A stretch of DNA of 64,000 nucleotides from a virus. Each line of letters begins with the position of its first letter. The stretch's first letter is position 1. The notes under the pieces were generated by a model that was not told the origin of the DNA, ran no database searches, and was given only the letters and a program-made list of their open reading frames with translations. Positions 10,266 to 19,076 of this stretch are shown here, one piece after another. A program made the position numbers and the translations under genes. The DNA lies in IMG/VR virus record IMGVR_UViG_3300035695_000002, positions 32,001-96,000 of that record. One strand, 5' to 3'.

Positions 10266-10583
10266 ATGGGATTTAGAGTGATAGAAGAAGAAAATGAGAC
10301 AATAGTCAAAATGGCATCCACTAATGATATGTGGTATAATTTTGACAAAACTATTGAAGAATTATTTGAATTAGGAGAAGTGTTAATGAAAAAGAAGCTC
10401 AAAAAAGGAGCAGAGAAAGAACCTTCTGATCAAGCAATTATAGAAGAAATAGGAGACGTTTTCATTAGATTGGAAGTTCTTAAACTATTGTTTGGTTCTA
10501 TAGAAGTGGAAAAGAGAATAGAAGAGAAATTAGCCAAATTTGAAGGGTTTTATAAAGAAGGTAAATATATAGGGAGTATATGA
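10266..10583 (+). CDS. MazG-like nucleotide pyrophosphohydrolase
   Basis: EExxE ('EELFEL') and EExxD ('EEIGDV') helical motifs. Confidence 0.7.
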   Translation: MGFRVIEEENETIVKMASTNDMWYNFDKTIEELFELGEVLMKKKLKKGAEKEPSDQAIIEEIGDVFIRLEVLKLLFGSIEVEKRIEEKLAKFEGFYKEGKYIGSI

Positions 10584-11254
10584 ATGTAAAATTAGTAAGT
10601 GTAACAAAATCATTAATTGAAGGAAAAGAACTAACAGCAGAAGAACTTCTAGTGTATATAGCAAGAGTATCAAATCCTTCAAATCAGATGAATACTGAGA
10701 CTTCTGATAAATTGATTGGTTATTTGATTAAGAATAAGCACTGGAGTCCTTTTGATATGATTAACCTAACAGTAGAAGTAACCACTAGTAAAGCTGTAGG
10801 TATTCAAATCTTGCGTCATTGGAGTATAAAACCACAAGAATTCAGTCAAAGGTATGCTGAAGTAGTGGATATTGAGCCAATTGAGCTTAGAAAACAAGGA
10901 GCTACAAATAGACAAGTAGGAGATGAAGTATTCGATCCTGTTCTTGAGTTAGCTGATGTAGAAACAAATGAGCCACAAAAAGCAAGTAATGTAATAAATG
11001 TTTATTTAAGTTATAGCAAAATGGTTTATCAATCTCTGTTAAAAGCAGGTGTGGCTAAAGAATGTGCTAGAATGATACTTCCTATGGCTACAAGTACAAC
11101 ATTATACTTGAATGGTAGTGTTAGAAGCTGGATACATTATTTAGAGCAACGCACTAGTCAACATGCTCAAAAGGAACATAGGGATGTGGCTAAATTAATA
11201 GAAAACATATTTAAACAACAGTTTCCAGCCACTGTAAAAGCTTTGAATTTATGA
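10580..11254 (+). CDS. thyX: FAD-dependent thymidylate synthase
   Basis: 'ARVS', 'HWSPF', 'QILRHWS....FSQRY', 'KECARMILP', 'RSWIHY..R' and 'AQKEHR'. Confidence 0.93.
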   Translation: MNVKLVSVTKSLIEGKELTAEELLVYIARVSNPSNQMNTETSDKLIGYLIKNKHWSPFDMINLTVEVTTSKAVGIQILRHWSIKPQEFSQRYAEVVDIEPIELRKQGATNRQVGDEVFDPVLELADVETNEPQKASNVINVYLSYSKMVYQSLLKAGVAKECARMILPMATSTTLYLNGSVRSWIHYLEQRTSQHAQKEHRDVAKLIENIFKQQFPATVKALNL

Positions 11255-12048
11255 AAGAACAAGGACAGCGTTTTAATGAGGGGAAATTGAGGTATGATCT
11301 ATTGGAACCATATGCTATTGAGCAATTAGTGAAAATATTCACTATGGGTAGTAAAAAGTATGCTCCCCACAATTGGATGAAAGGGCTTCCTTGGATGGAT
11401 GTTATTTCCTCTTTAGAAAGACATTTGGCAGAATTCAAGAAAGGGGAAGACTTTGACAAAGAAAGTCAATTATTACACATGGCTCATTGTGCGTGGAATG
11501 CATTGGCTATTGTTAGCTATTATAAATATAGACCAGAATTTGATAATAGACAACATATGTATTTAAAAAGACCTAAAATAGGACTTGATATAGATGATGT
11601 TATCTGTGACTTTTTAGGAGGATATTGTGATAAATTTGGTGTAAATGAATGTAAACACTGGTATTCTCATTATGATACAGGAAAACATTTAGAAGAAGCT
11701 ATTAAAAACAGTGATTTCTATTTAGGATTGAAACCTAGGATTAAACCAGAGGATATTCCTTTTGAGCCTCATTGCTATATCACCTCTCGTAGTATCCCTG
11801 TAGAATGGACAGAAAAATGGATACAGGATAATGGATTTGCTACTAAAAAGGTGTATACTATACCGTTTGGAGCTTCTAAAGTGGAAATAGCCAAACAAGC
11901 AGGAATTGATATATTTGTTGATGACAGATATGAAAATTTCGTAGAATTAAATAATGCTGGTATTTGTACCTTCTTAATGGATGCTCCTCATAACAAAAAA
12001 TACGATGTCGGATATAAGAGGATTTATTCATTAAAAGAATTAGTATAA
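11251..12048 (+). CDS. DUF5664 dATP/dGTP diphosphohydrolase domain fused to a HAD-family (NT5C-like) nucleotidase
   Basis: N-terminal half has 'GKLRYDLL..G.KKY..HNW.KG...RH.....GED.D.ES.L.H.AH..WN'. C-terminal half has DxD 'GLDIDDVI', 'ITSR', a conserved K and 'FVDD'. Confidence 0.82.
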   Translation: MKEQGQRFNEGKLRYDLLEPYAIEQLVKIFTMGSKKYAPHNWMKGLPWMDVISSLERHLAEFKKGEDFDKESQLLHMAHCAWNALAIVSYYKYRPEFDNRQHMYLKRPKIGLDIDDVICDFLGGYCDKFGVNECKHWYSHYDTGKHLEEAIKNSDFYLGLKPRIKPEDIPFEPHCYITSRSIPVEWTEKWIQDNGFATKKVYTIPFGASKVEIAKQAGIDIFVDDRYENFVELNNAGICTFLMDAPHNKKYDVGYKRIYSLKELV

Positions 12049-12139
12049 CTGAGAATATTATGAGAATACATTTGGAAAAGAGGATAAGGATGCTTAAATT
12101 GTATCCCGTTTTTCTTTTAACAATTAAATTATATAAAAT

Positions 12140-14062
12140 ATGGTAGATGTAGAACAGCTTAGTAAAGAGGTGAGGACACCTTGGGGAGAACTTGGTTATA
12201 TTGTATTAAAAAGAACATATAGCCGAAGACTCAAAGAAGATGATCCTAATAGTAAAACTGAGGAATTTTGGCAAATTATTCAAAGGGAGTTAGAAGCATG
12301 TAGAAAACAACTAAAAGTGGGATTTACTCCTGAAGAAGAGGAGAAGTATGCCAGATATAGACTAGGGTTGAAATTTAGTACTGCTGGAAGATTTATGTGG
12401 CAATTAGGCACTAAAACAGTAGATAAATTAGGACTGCCAAGTTTGCAAAATTGCTCATTTGTCACTATCAATCAGCCAATTAGACCTTTTACATGGGCTT
12501 TTGAAATGTTAATGTTAGGAAGTGGTGTAGGATTTAATATTCAGAAAGAAAATGTCTATCAATTGCCCAAATTAAAAGGAAAGGTGAAAGTTGAAAGAGA
12601 AGACACTAATGATGCTGATTTTATAGTTCCAGATAGTAGGGAAGGATGGGTGAAGTTGTTAGGGAAGCTTTTAAAGGCTCATTTCTATAACGGTGAAGGA
12701 TTTACATTCTCCACTGTTTGTGTGAGAGGAAAAGGTGCTCCTATTAAGGGATTTGGGGGTACAGCTAGTGGTCCAGAAGAACTTTGTTGGGGAATCTTGG
12801 AAATTAATAAGCTTTTGAACGCCAGAGCTAATAAAAAACTCAGACCTATAGATTGCCTTGATATAATGAATATCATAGGATATATTGTGGTAAGCGGAAA
12901 TGTGCGAAGAAGTGCAGAAATAGCTATTGGAGACTATGATGATGTTGAATTTTTAAAGGCTAAACGATGGGATTTGGGAACTATTCCTAATTGGAGAAGT
13001 ATGAGTAATAACTCTATATATGCTCCTAGGGATATAGACGACCTTCCTCAAGAGTATTGGGATACCTATGAACAAGGTGAGCCTTATGGGCTTATAAACC
13101 TTGAATTAGCCAAGGCTTGTGGTAGAACAGGAGAAACTAAATATCCAGATATGGGTGTAGAAGGATTTAATCCTTGTGCAGAACAGAGTTTGAATAATTT
13201 TGAGACTTGTTGTCTATCTGAGATATATCTTCCTAATATAGAGAGTTTTGAGGAGCTTTTAGATGTTTTACAGTATACTTACAGAGTGAATAAACATTCT
13301 TTAGCTTTACATTGCTCTATGAAGGAAACTGAGGACATTGTACACAAGAATATGAGGATGGGTATAGGAATGACAGGTATTCTACAAGCTACTCCAGAAC
13401 AAAGAGAATGGCTTAAAGATGCTTATCAGGAACTTAGATATTACGATCAATATTATTCAAATTTAAAAGGATTTCCTACGTCTATAAAGCTCACAACAGT
13501 GAAGCCTTCAGGAACTTTAAGTTTGTTAGCTGGAGTAACTCCAGGTGTACATCCTAATCCTGCTGGACCTCACTATTTTAGAAGAGTGAGAATGAGCACT
13601 AATAGTCCTTTAGTGGATTTATGTAAGAAACACGGTTATCACACAGAGCCTGCTATAGAATTTGATGGTAGTATGAGTAAAACCACTATGGTAGTGACAT
13701 TCCCTTGTAAAATAGGAGAAAATGTCCCTGTAGAGAGTAATTTTACATATACACAGCAATTGAATATGGTGAGGAGGATGCAAAAAGAATGGAGTGATAA
13801 TTCTGTTAGTTGCACTGTATATTATAAAAAGGAAGATATTGATGGTATTAAGGAATATTTGAAGAAATATTTCTCAAATGAGCTTAAAACTGTATCTTTC
13901 CTACTAAGTCAGACACATGGATTTAAACAAGCTCCTTATGAAACTATTACAGAAGAACAATATAATGAAGCCATAAAAGGTGTCATTCCTATTACTTCTG
14001 GTAATATTTCAGAAGATAGTTTTGAAATTCAAGAATGCTTGGGTGCTTGCCCAATTAAGTAA
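12140..14062 (+). CDS. nrdJ: class II (adenosylcobalamin-dependent) ribonucleotide reductase, monomeric RTPR type
   Basis: 'KRTYSR', 'NC', 'G.GVGF', 'GG.ASGP', 'GNVRRSA', NPCAEQ, 'TTVKPSGT' and a C-terminal redox Cys pair (CLGACPIK). Confidence 0.92.
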   Translation: MVDVEQLSKEVRTPWGELGYIVLKRTYSRRLKEDDPNSKTEEFWQIIQRELEACRKQLKVGFTPEEEEKYARYRLGLKFSTAGRFMWQLGTKTVDKLGLPSLQNCSFVTINQPIRPFTWAFEMLMLGSGVGFNIQKENVYQLPKLKGKVKVEREDTNDADFIVPDSREGWVKLLGKLLKAHFYNGEGFTFSTVCVRGKGAPIKGFGGTASGPEELCWGILEINKLLNARANKKLRPIDCLDIMNIIGYIVVSGNVRRSAEIAIGDYDDVEFLKAKRWDLGTIPNWRSMSNNSIYAPRDIDDLPQEYWDTYEQGEPYGLINLELAKACGRTGETKYPDMGVEGFNPCAEQSLNNFETCCLSEIYLPNIESFEELLDVLQYTYRVNKHSLALHCSMKETEDIVHKNMRMGIGMTGILQATPEQREWLKDAYQELRYYDQYYSNLKGFPTSIKLTTVKPSGTLSLLAGVTPGVHPNPAGPHYFRRVRMSTNSPLVDLCKKHGYHTEPAIEFDGSMSKTTMVVTFPCKIGENVPVESNFTYTQQLNMVRRMQKEWSDNSVSCTVYYKKEDIDGIKEYLKKYFSNELKTVSFLLSQTHGFKQAPYETITEEQYNEAIKGVIPITSGNISEDSFEIQECLGACPIK

Positions 14063-14080
14063 AAATTTGTTTTTGTTTTT

Positions 14081-14113
14081 AGGAGGGGAATGCTTGCATT
14101 CTTCTCCTTTTTT
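14081..14113 (+). terminator. Rho-independent terminator
   Basis: Hairpin AGGAGGGGAATG-CTTG-CATTCTTCTCCT followed by a T-run, after nrdJ. Confidence 0.75.
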
Positions 14114-14124
14114 ATTTACATTTG
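14094..14124 (+). promoter_or_regulatory. Bacteroidota primary-sigma promoter (-33/-7) for recA
   Basis: TTG(14094)-N20-TACATTTG(14117-14124) matches the TTG/TAnnTTTG consensus. Confidence 0.65.
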
Positions 14125-14138
14125 TAAAAAATTAAACT

Positions 14139-15185
14139 ATGGCAAAAAAAATAGAGAAACTAGAAGGTAAAAGTAAATTACAAGAAGTATTGGATTCTTT
14201 AAATAAGAAATACGGGGAGAATAGTGTACTAACTTTTGATAATAAATCAGTGGGAAATTATGATATTATCTCTTCTGGTAGCATAGGATTAGACTACATA
14301 ACCCTAGGTATCGGAGGTTTTGCTAAAGGTAAAATGTATGAATTAATGGGGTGGGAAGGATCTGGTAAATCAACAATATGTGGTCATGTTGTAGCCGAAT
14401 GTCAAAAGCAAGGAGGTAAGGTACTCTATATAGATGGCGAACACGCAGTTGATAAGGATTATTTTAAAGCTCTTGGAGTAGATACAGAGAAAATGTTAAT
14501 CTCTCAACCCTCTTCAGGAGAAGAAGGTTTTAATATTGCTTTAGAGGTAATAAATAGTGGAGAAATAGACTTAATTGTGATTGATAGTGATAGTTCATTA
14601 ATCCCTAAAGCAGTGCTTGATGGCGATGTTGGAGATTCTTCAATTGGTAAAAAAGCTCGCCTGAATAGTAATGCTTATCCTAAATTGAAAAGTGCATTAT
14701 CTGAGAAAAATGTATGTTTGATTATTGTATCTCAATATAGAGAAAAAATTGGAATAATGTTCGGTAATCCTACAACGACTCAGGGGGGACATGCGTTAAA
14801 ATATTATACAGATTGTAGAATAGAAGTAAGTAAGTCTTTAGCTAAAGAGGGGGATGTGGCTTATGGTAATACAACCAAGTTAAAATCTACAAAAAATAAA
14901 ATGTGTGCTCCTTACAGATTAACATCCTTTGAGGTGAAATTTGGACAAGGAATAGATAGAATGAAAGAAATTATAGAATTAGCCTCTGAGTTTGAAATTA
15001 TCAAAAAATGGGGAAAATCTATCACTGTATCAGAATATAAAGGATTTCCAGAAGCAAAATATACAGAGGTTGAATTTATGGAAAAACTCCAAAATTATGA
15101 AACTTTCAACGATTTACGTCAAAGAATTATAGAGAAAATCCAACAATCGGATTTAAAAGTAGAAGAACCAATAGAAACAGAATAA
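14139..15185 (+). CDS. recA: RecA recombinase
   Basis: Walker A GWEGSGKST, 'YIDGEHA', 'SQP..GE', Walker B 'LIVIDS', 'Q.REKIG.MFGNP.TT.GG.ALKYY' and 'KNK'. Confidence 0.95.
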   Translation: MAKKIEKLEGKSKLQEVLDSLNKKYGENSVLTFDNKSVGNYDIISSGSIGLDYITLGIGGFAKGKMYELMGWEGSGKSTICGHVVAECQKQGGKVLYIDGEHAVDKDYFKALGVDTEKMLISQPSSGEEGFNIALEVINSGEIDLIVIDSDSSLIPKAVLDGDVGDSSIGKKARLNSNAYPKLKSALSEKNVCLIIVSQYREKIGIMFGNPTTTQGGHALKYYTDCRIEVSKSLAKEGDVAYGNTTKLKSTKNKMCAPYRLTSFEVKFGQGIDRMKEIIELASEFEIIKKWGKSITVSEYKGFPEAKYTEVEFMEKLQNYETFNDLRQRIIEKIQQSDLKVEEPIETE

Positions 15186-15646
15186 TGAGAAAGATATGTA
15201 GGGAGGAGAAGTGTAATAACTATGTATGGGGAAGTGGTTATTGTATATGTCATCAACCTAAGAAACCATTAAAAAGATCTCCTCTTCCTAAAATAGGAAA
15301 ATCCATATATAAAGCAAAGGAAGAGGAAACGTTTGAAGAAACACTTACAAAAGCAATAAATACTATTTCTGAAAGAAACCTATTCTTTTTGTCTATATGG
15401 CAACAGAGACCTCATAAATCTGAGATTTCTGGAGAATGGTTATCACAAGACTTGGATGGATTACCCTCCTCCTCTGCTTACTTCCATCATATAATTCCTA
15501 AAAGTAAGCTAAAAGAGGCAGAATATGATCCAGACAATATAATATTATTAACTATAAATGAGCATTCGAATGTTGAAATGGATGTCTATAGATATGAAGA
15601 AATTAGCAAAAGACGAGAACAATTAAAAATTAAATACAAATTATGA
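15185..15646 (+). CDS. HNH-like nuclease with an N-terminal Zn-finger
   Basis: N-terminal C..C...C..H and 'SEISG...FHHIIPKS......NIILLT..EH'. Confidence 0.55.
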   Translation: MRKICREEKCNNYVWGSGYCICHQPKKPLKRSPLPKIGKSIYKAKEEETFEETLTKAINTISERNLFFLSIWQQRPHKSEISGEWLSQDLDGLPSSSAYFHHIIPKSKLKEAEYDPDNIILLTINEHSNVEMDVYRYEEISKRREQLKIKYKL

Positions 15647-15981
15647 ACAAAAACCAATTTTTCTACACAAGAAAAGAAACAATTAAAATGCCCACAGGAG
15701 AACTTTCTCTTAGCTCCACACCTCCTTATGCGGAAAAGATTGTAGAATTCAAAGATAGCTTTAATTACAACAAGGTTATTAGAACTAGGGAGCTAGAAGA
15801 TCATACAATATTAGTAGTGTTAGACGATTTTCATGAGGAAATGAGGGAAGTACCAGGATTTCATCCTAAAACAAGGAAACCCACAGGTGTATATGTAAAA
15901 GAGCGCAATACATATCAAAGTGAGATAGTGCTTTCAAAAGAAGACGGAGATAGACTTTCTAAAATTATATCAATTGATTAA
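15643..15981 (+). CDS. hypothetical phage protein
   Basis: 112 aa ('FFYTR', 'DSFN..KVIR', 'QSEI.L'), translationally coupled to its neighbours. Confidence 0.65.
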   Translation: MNKNQFFYTRKETIKMPTGELSLSSTPPYAEKIVEFKDSFNYNKVIRTRELEDHTILVVLDDFHEEMREVPGFHPKTRKPTGVYVKERNTYQSEIVLSKEDGDRLSKIISID

Positions 15982-15982
15982 C

Positions 15983-16270
15983 ATGAAAATACTAGGAAAT
16001 AGGGTGTATTTAAATCTTCCTAAGATAGAGGAGAGTAAATTTAGCATATCTGATGAGCTTAAAAAGGAGCTGCGAGAAAAAGAGATTCAGAAATTTGATA
16101 AACTTACAGTGTATGCTGTGGGAGAAGGTATTCCTGGAATTACAATAAGTGTAAAAGTAGGGGATAAAGTATTTGCAGATCCAGTTGCTATACGTAGAGG
16201 AACCATCTTAAAAATAGAGGATAAGGAATTAATTTGTGTTAATTCTCAAGATATAATGCATGTATGGTAA
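15983..16270 (+). CDS. groES: GroES-like co-chaperonin
   Basis: About 95 aa with 'MKILGNRVYL', 'VYAVGEG', 'VKVGDKV' and C-terminal 'DI'. Confidence 0.7.
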   Translation: MKILGNRVYLNLPKIEESKFSISDELKKELREKEIQKFDKLTVYAVGEGIPGITISVKVGDKVFADPVAIRRGTILKIEDKELICVNSQDIMHVW

Positions 16271-17022
16271 GTTGGAAATGTACAACAATGGGAAGAGTGT
16301 CAACATTAGAGGAGACACTCTTCTCTTTTTTAAATCAGAGTGATTTAAATGACTGTGAAATGGTGATAGTTAATGACTATCCCTTACAAAACCTTATATT
16401 CAATCATCCCCAAGTAAGGATATTCAATATTAAGGAGCCGTTTAAAACTATTGGTGAAAAGGAGAATTTTGCTATAGAACAGTGTAAAGGGGATATTATA
16501 GCTGTTACAGATGACGATGATGTGTATTTATCCAATCACAATACTAATATAAGGAAGTATTTTACTCCAGAGAGCAGTGTATTACATTGGGATGGAGTAT
16601 ACTATAATGAGCCTGAAATCACATCTCTTGTATTTATAGGGAATTCAGGTATGGTGTATAGTAAAAGAGCTTGGGAAGAGGTGGGAAAATGTCCCATAAT
16701 GAATGCTGGAGGAGATACAACATTTGCTGACAGTATTCATAAATTACACAAATGGACACACGGAAAACCTCCTAGAGGAGAAGAGAGTGCATTTTACAGA
16801 TGGAGTCTTCCAGGTGGGGGCGGTATATATCATCAATCAGGGGCTGGTTTTGATGTAGAGGGAAAGCCTAATATCATCCAGAGACACAGTGCTCATGTAG
16901 AACATCTTAGAAGACTAGGACTTATTCCTACAGGGGATATTGTTCTAAAACCAAATTGGAAGTATGATTATGAACAATTATTAAAAGACTATGTTTCTAG
17001 AGATATTGCTACCAACGTATAA
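16264..17022 (+). CDS. glycosyltransferase family 2
   Basis: 'T.GR...LEE...SFLNQ', 'VIVND', 'GEK.N.AIE..KGDIIA..DDDD' and 'GGD'. Confidence 0.85.
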   Translation: MVSWKCTTMGRVSTLEETLFSFLNQSDLNDCEMVIVNDYPLQNLIFNHPQVRIFNIKEPFKTIGEKENFAIEQCKGDIIAVTDDDDVYLSNHNTNIRKYFTPESSVLHWDGVYYNEPEITSLVFIGNSGMVYSKRAWEEVGKCPIMNAGGDTTFADSIHKLHKWTHGKPPRGEESAFYRWSLPGGGGIYHQSGAGFDVEGKPNIIQRHSAHVEHLRRLGLIPTGDIVLKPNWKYDYEQLLKDYVSRDIATNV

Positions 17023-17566
17023 TCGCATAAATGAGCTTAAAATGAGCCTTTCCTCATTAATGTGTCAATCTGATGAAGATTGGAAAGCTACTGTTATATT
17101 AGACCATCCCGAACAAGGAGATAGGGCTAAACTACTCAATGTTATACATTCCTTTTATGACGATAGAATTAATTATTTTATCACTCATAGACGATTTAAT
17201 GATTGGGGTCACTCTTTAAGAGAGGCTGGAAAACAAGCAAGTGAAGCAGAATATCTTATAATGACAGGAGACGACAATTATTACACTCCTCATCTTGTAA
17301 AAGAGCTTAAATTAGCTACTACTTCTAAGCCTGGAATGGTATATTGGGATATGGTGCATAGTCATTTTAACTATTCCTATTTTAAATGTTCTCCTGCACA
17401 TGGATATATAGATATGGGAGCCTTTGCTACAAGAACTGATTTAGCCAAACAAATACCTCTAACTACTAATTATGCAGCAGATGGAGATTTTATAGAAGAT
17501 TTCAAGAAAAAGTTCCCTAATGAACAAATAATTAAGATAAATAAGGTTTTATTTGTTCACAACTAG
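16991..17566 (+). CDS. glycosyltransferase family 2
   Basis: 'LLPTYNR...L.SL..Q...W', 'WGH..R', 'GDDNYY', 'IDMG', 'AADG' and C-terminal 'VHN'. Confidence 0.85.
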   Translation: MFLEILLPTYNRINELKMSLSSLMCQSDEDWKATVILDHPEQGDRAKLLNVIHSFYDDRINYFITHRRFNDWGHSLREAGKQASEAEYLIMTGDDNYYTPHLVKELKLATTSKPGMVYWDMVHSHFNYSYFKCSPAHGYIDMGAFATRTDLAKQIPLTTNYAADGDFIEDFKKKFPNEQIIKINKVLFVHN

Positions 17567-17655
17567 CCCTTTTTTGAAATATTCTCTATCCATTGTCCTA
17601 TTTTGAATAGAACAGAGACAATAACAATACTCAATATAGCAGCTATTATTATCAT
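17563..17655 (-). CDS. putative 30-aa single-pass membrane peptide
   Basis: Manual translation MIIIAAILSIVIVSVLFKIGQWIENISKKG*; below the ORF-track cutoff and exactly fills the gap between the GT2 stop and the terminator. Confidence 0.4.
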   Translation of the reverse strand: MIIIAAILSIVIVSVLFKIGQWIENISKKG

Positions 17656-17663
17656 TTAGACAT

Positions 17664-17694
17664 AAAAAAAGCTCTGTAGAAATACAGAGCTTTT
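17664..17694. terminator. bidirectional Rho-independent terminator at the convergence of the two arms
   Basis: A7-GCTCTGTA-GAAA-TACAGAGC-T4: a perfect 8-bp stem flanked by A and T runs. Confidence 0.85.
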
Positions 17695-17708
17695 AGTTTG
17701 CAAGGAGG

Positions 17709-17846
17709 TTATTTAGATGTTCTTTTTGACTTCATTGGCCACATAGGACTTTTAAGTCGTAATTTTGTATCAGCTTCCTTCATATAATTGTCCTTTGGAT
17801 GAGGATTCTTTACTTTGGGAGCTTTTTTTGGTTTTCCTGATTTCAT
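17709..17846 (-). CDS. small Lys/Pro-rich basic protein (45 aa)
   Basis: Manual translation MKSGKPKKAPKVKNPHPKDNYMKEADTKLRLKSPMWPMKSKRTSK*, with an ATGA overlap to the upstream ORF. Confidence 0.6.
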   Translation of the reverse strand: MKSGKPKKAPKVKNPHPKDNYMKEADTKLRLKSPMWPMKSKRTSK

Positions 17847-18031
17847 ATTCCTTTTTTATATTTCTTTATTGGTGTTACTTGTCCTAATACACGTTTTTGA
17901 TAATCAATCCAATTATCGTAGTTTCCAGCTTTACTCACCTTTCTCCAAGCATTTGTTGTAACACTTGTAGAAAGTGGACTGAATGCTTTTGGTGTCTGAT
18001 TTCCATGAAATTTGGACTGTTTCTTTGCCAT
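17843..18031 (-). CDS. small basic hypothetical protein
   Basis: 62-aa Lys-rich ORF starting MAKK, tightly packed. Confidence 0.6.
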   Translation of the reverse strand: MAKKQSKFHGNQTPKAFSPLSTSVTTNAWRKVSKAGNYDNWIDYQKRVLGQVTPIKKYKKGI

Positions 18032-18032
18032 A

Positions 18033-18326
18033 TTATTTTTTAACTTCTTCTTTTGATTCTACCGCTATTCCTGCTTCTACAGCCCTAGCTAGAGTGGTTT
18101 CCATAATATCATTGGCCCTTTCTGCTAACATTATTACACGGGCTTCAGGAGTGCTTAAAACACTTCTAAGAGAATGTAGCAATATACCAAAATCATTTCC
18201 TGGAATATAGAAAACATCTGTAGGTTTCCATTTATATTGCTTACTAGGATCATATTCTATCCTAGTTTCTGCTTTTCCTACCAAAGGTTCTTTTTTTACC
18301 TCTTTATCATCTCTTACAATTTCCAT
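18033..18326 (-). CDS. hypothetical protein
   Basis: 97 aa ('YDPSKQYKW.P.D.F'), preceded by a consensus promoter. Confidence 0.7.
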   Translation of the reverse strand: MEIVRDDKEVKKEPLVGKAETRIEYDPSKQYKWKPTDVFYIPGNDFGILLHSLRSVLSTPEARVIMLAERANDIMETTLARAVEAGIAVESKEEVKK

Positions 18327-18347
18327 ATTAATTGGTTTAAATTTCTA

Positions 18348-18378
18348 CAAAGATAAAAGGAGTTTTTTATAAATGCAA
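18348..18378 (-). promoter_or_regulatory. Bacteroidota -33/-7 promoter
   Basis: Minus-strand TTG-N20-TATCTTTG in the intergenic gap. Confidence 0.7.
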
Positions 18379-18379
18379 G

Positions 18380-18667
18380 TTATTCTGTAGAAATTTCGAA
18401 TGAAATGGTTCCTCCACTAGATTTAATCGACTTAGAGAGATCTAAATGTATATGAAAACGATTATTAAGCTTTAATATTTCCTCTAGAAGGAGATTTGTA
18501 TATTGAGGGGTTGATGGGGCTATTCTAAAGTTATAAGCTTTCGGAAGCCTTTTTACCTCTAAAGAACATAATTCATCCACTGATTCTAATACTCCCGATA
18601 AGAGGGTGAGATAAAGCTCTTCGTTATCTGGAATTATTGGGAAATCTCCTACTATCTGAACTTCCAT
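18380..18667 (-). CDS. hypothetical protein
   Basis: 95-aa ORF abutting the upstream gene ('FRIAPS.P.Y'). Confidence 0.65.
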   Translation of the reverse strand: MEVQIVGDFPIIPDNEELYLTLLSGVLESVDELCSLEVKRLPKAYNFRIAPSTPQYTNLLLEEILKLNNRFHIHLDLSKSIKSSGGTISFEISTE

Positions 18668-19075
18668 TTACTCCTGTGTTAATAAATACAAAGTGAGAGC
18701 ACATTTAGCACTCAGTTTTTGACTATTTAGTTCTACACCACAATACATCTTATCTTCTCCAAATTCATATACAGCATGGCTATATTCTTCTAATGCTTTC
18801 ACTGTTTCTATAGCTGTTGCTTTTGAGGAAGGGGATTCTGTTTTAAATCCCTCTATAGTTTTCCCTTCATATCCCATTAATTGCTCTATAATTACATCAG
18901 TTTTTCCTACTAAATAATCATATAAATTTCCTAATGCAATATGCTGCGAATTATTCTTAGTTTTCCAATGAATGAGCTTAATCTGGGCCTGAAAAGTGTG
19001 CAATTTACTTGCAATAGACTCCAATGTAAAATTTTCTTCTTTGGGTTTAACCATTCTTTCTGGAAATATAGCCAT
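18668..19075 (-). CDS. ferritin/Dps-like four-helix bundle protein (DUF5856-like)
   Basis: 'KLIHWKT....HIALG.LYD....D..IE.LMG' and C-terminal 'YLLT'. Start placed at ATG 19075. Confidence 0.75.
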   Translation of the reverse strand: MAIFPERMVKPKEENFTLESIASKLHTFQAQIKLIHWKTKNNSQHIALGNLYDYLVGKTDVIIEQLMGYEGKTIEGFKTESPSSKATAIETVKALEEYSHAVYEFGEDKMYCGVELNSQKLSAKCALTLYLLTQE

Positions 19076-19076
19076 A

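Noticed and set aside
12049-12139. Cobalamin riboswitch or clear promoter upstream of the B12-dependent RNR
   Set aside because: The gap is only about 90 nt, AT-rich and has no recognisable B12 box. Promoter-like boxes are present (TACATTTG at 12067) but the -33 spacing is ambiguous.
1156-15185. Group I introns or inteins in primase, thyX, nrdJ or recA
   Set aside because: All four appear full-length and uninterrupted, with no intein-sized insertions; nearby endonucleases lie between genes.
16264-17566. GT2 pair as DNA hypermodification enzymes
   Set aside because: No hydroxymethylase or other base-activating gene is visible in the window, and one GT is paralogous to the late-arm GT. Not excluded, but less supported than protein glycosylation.
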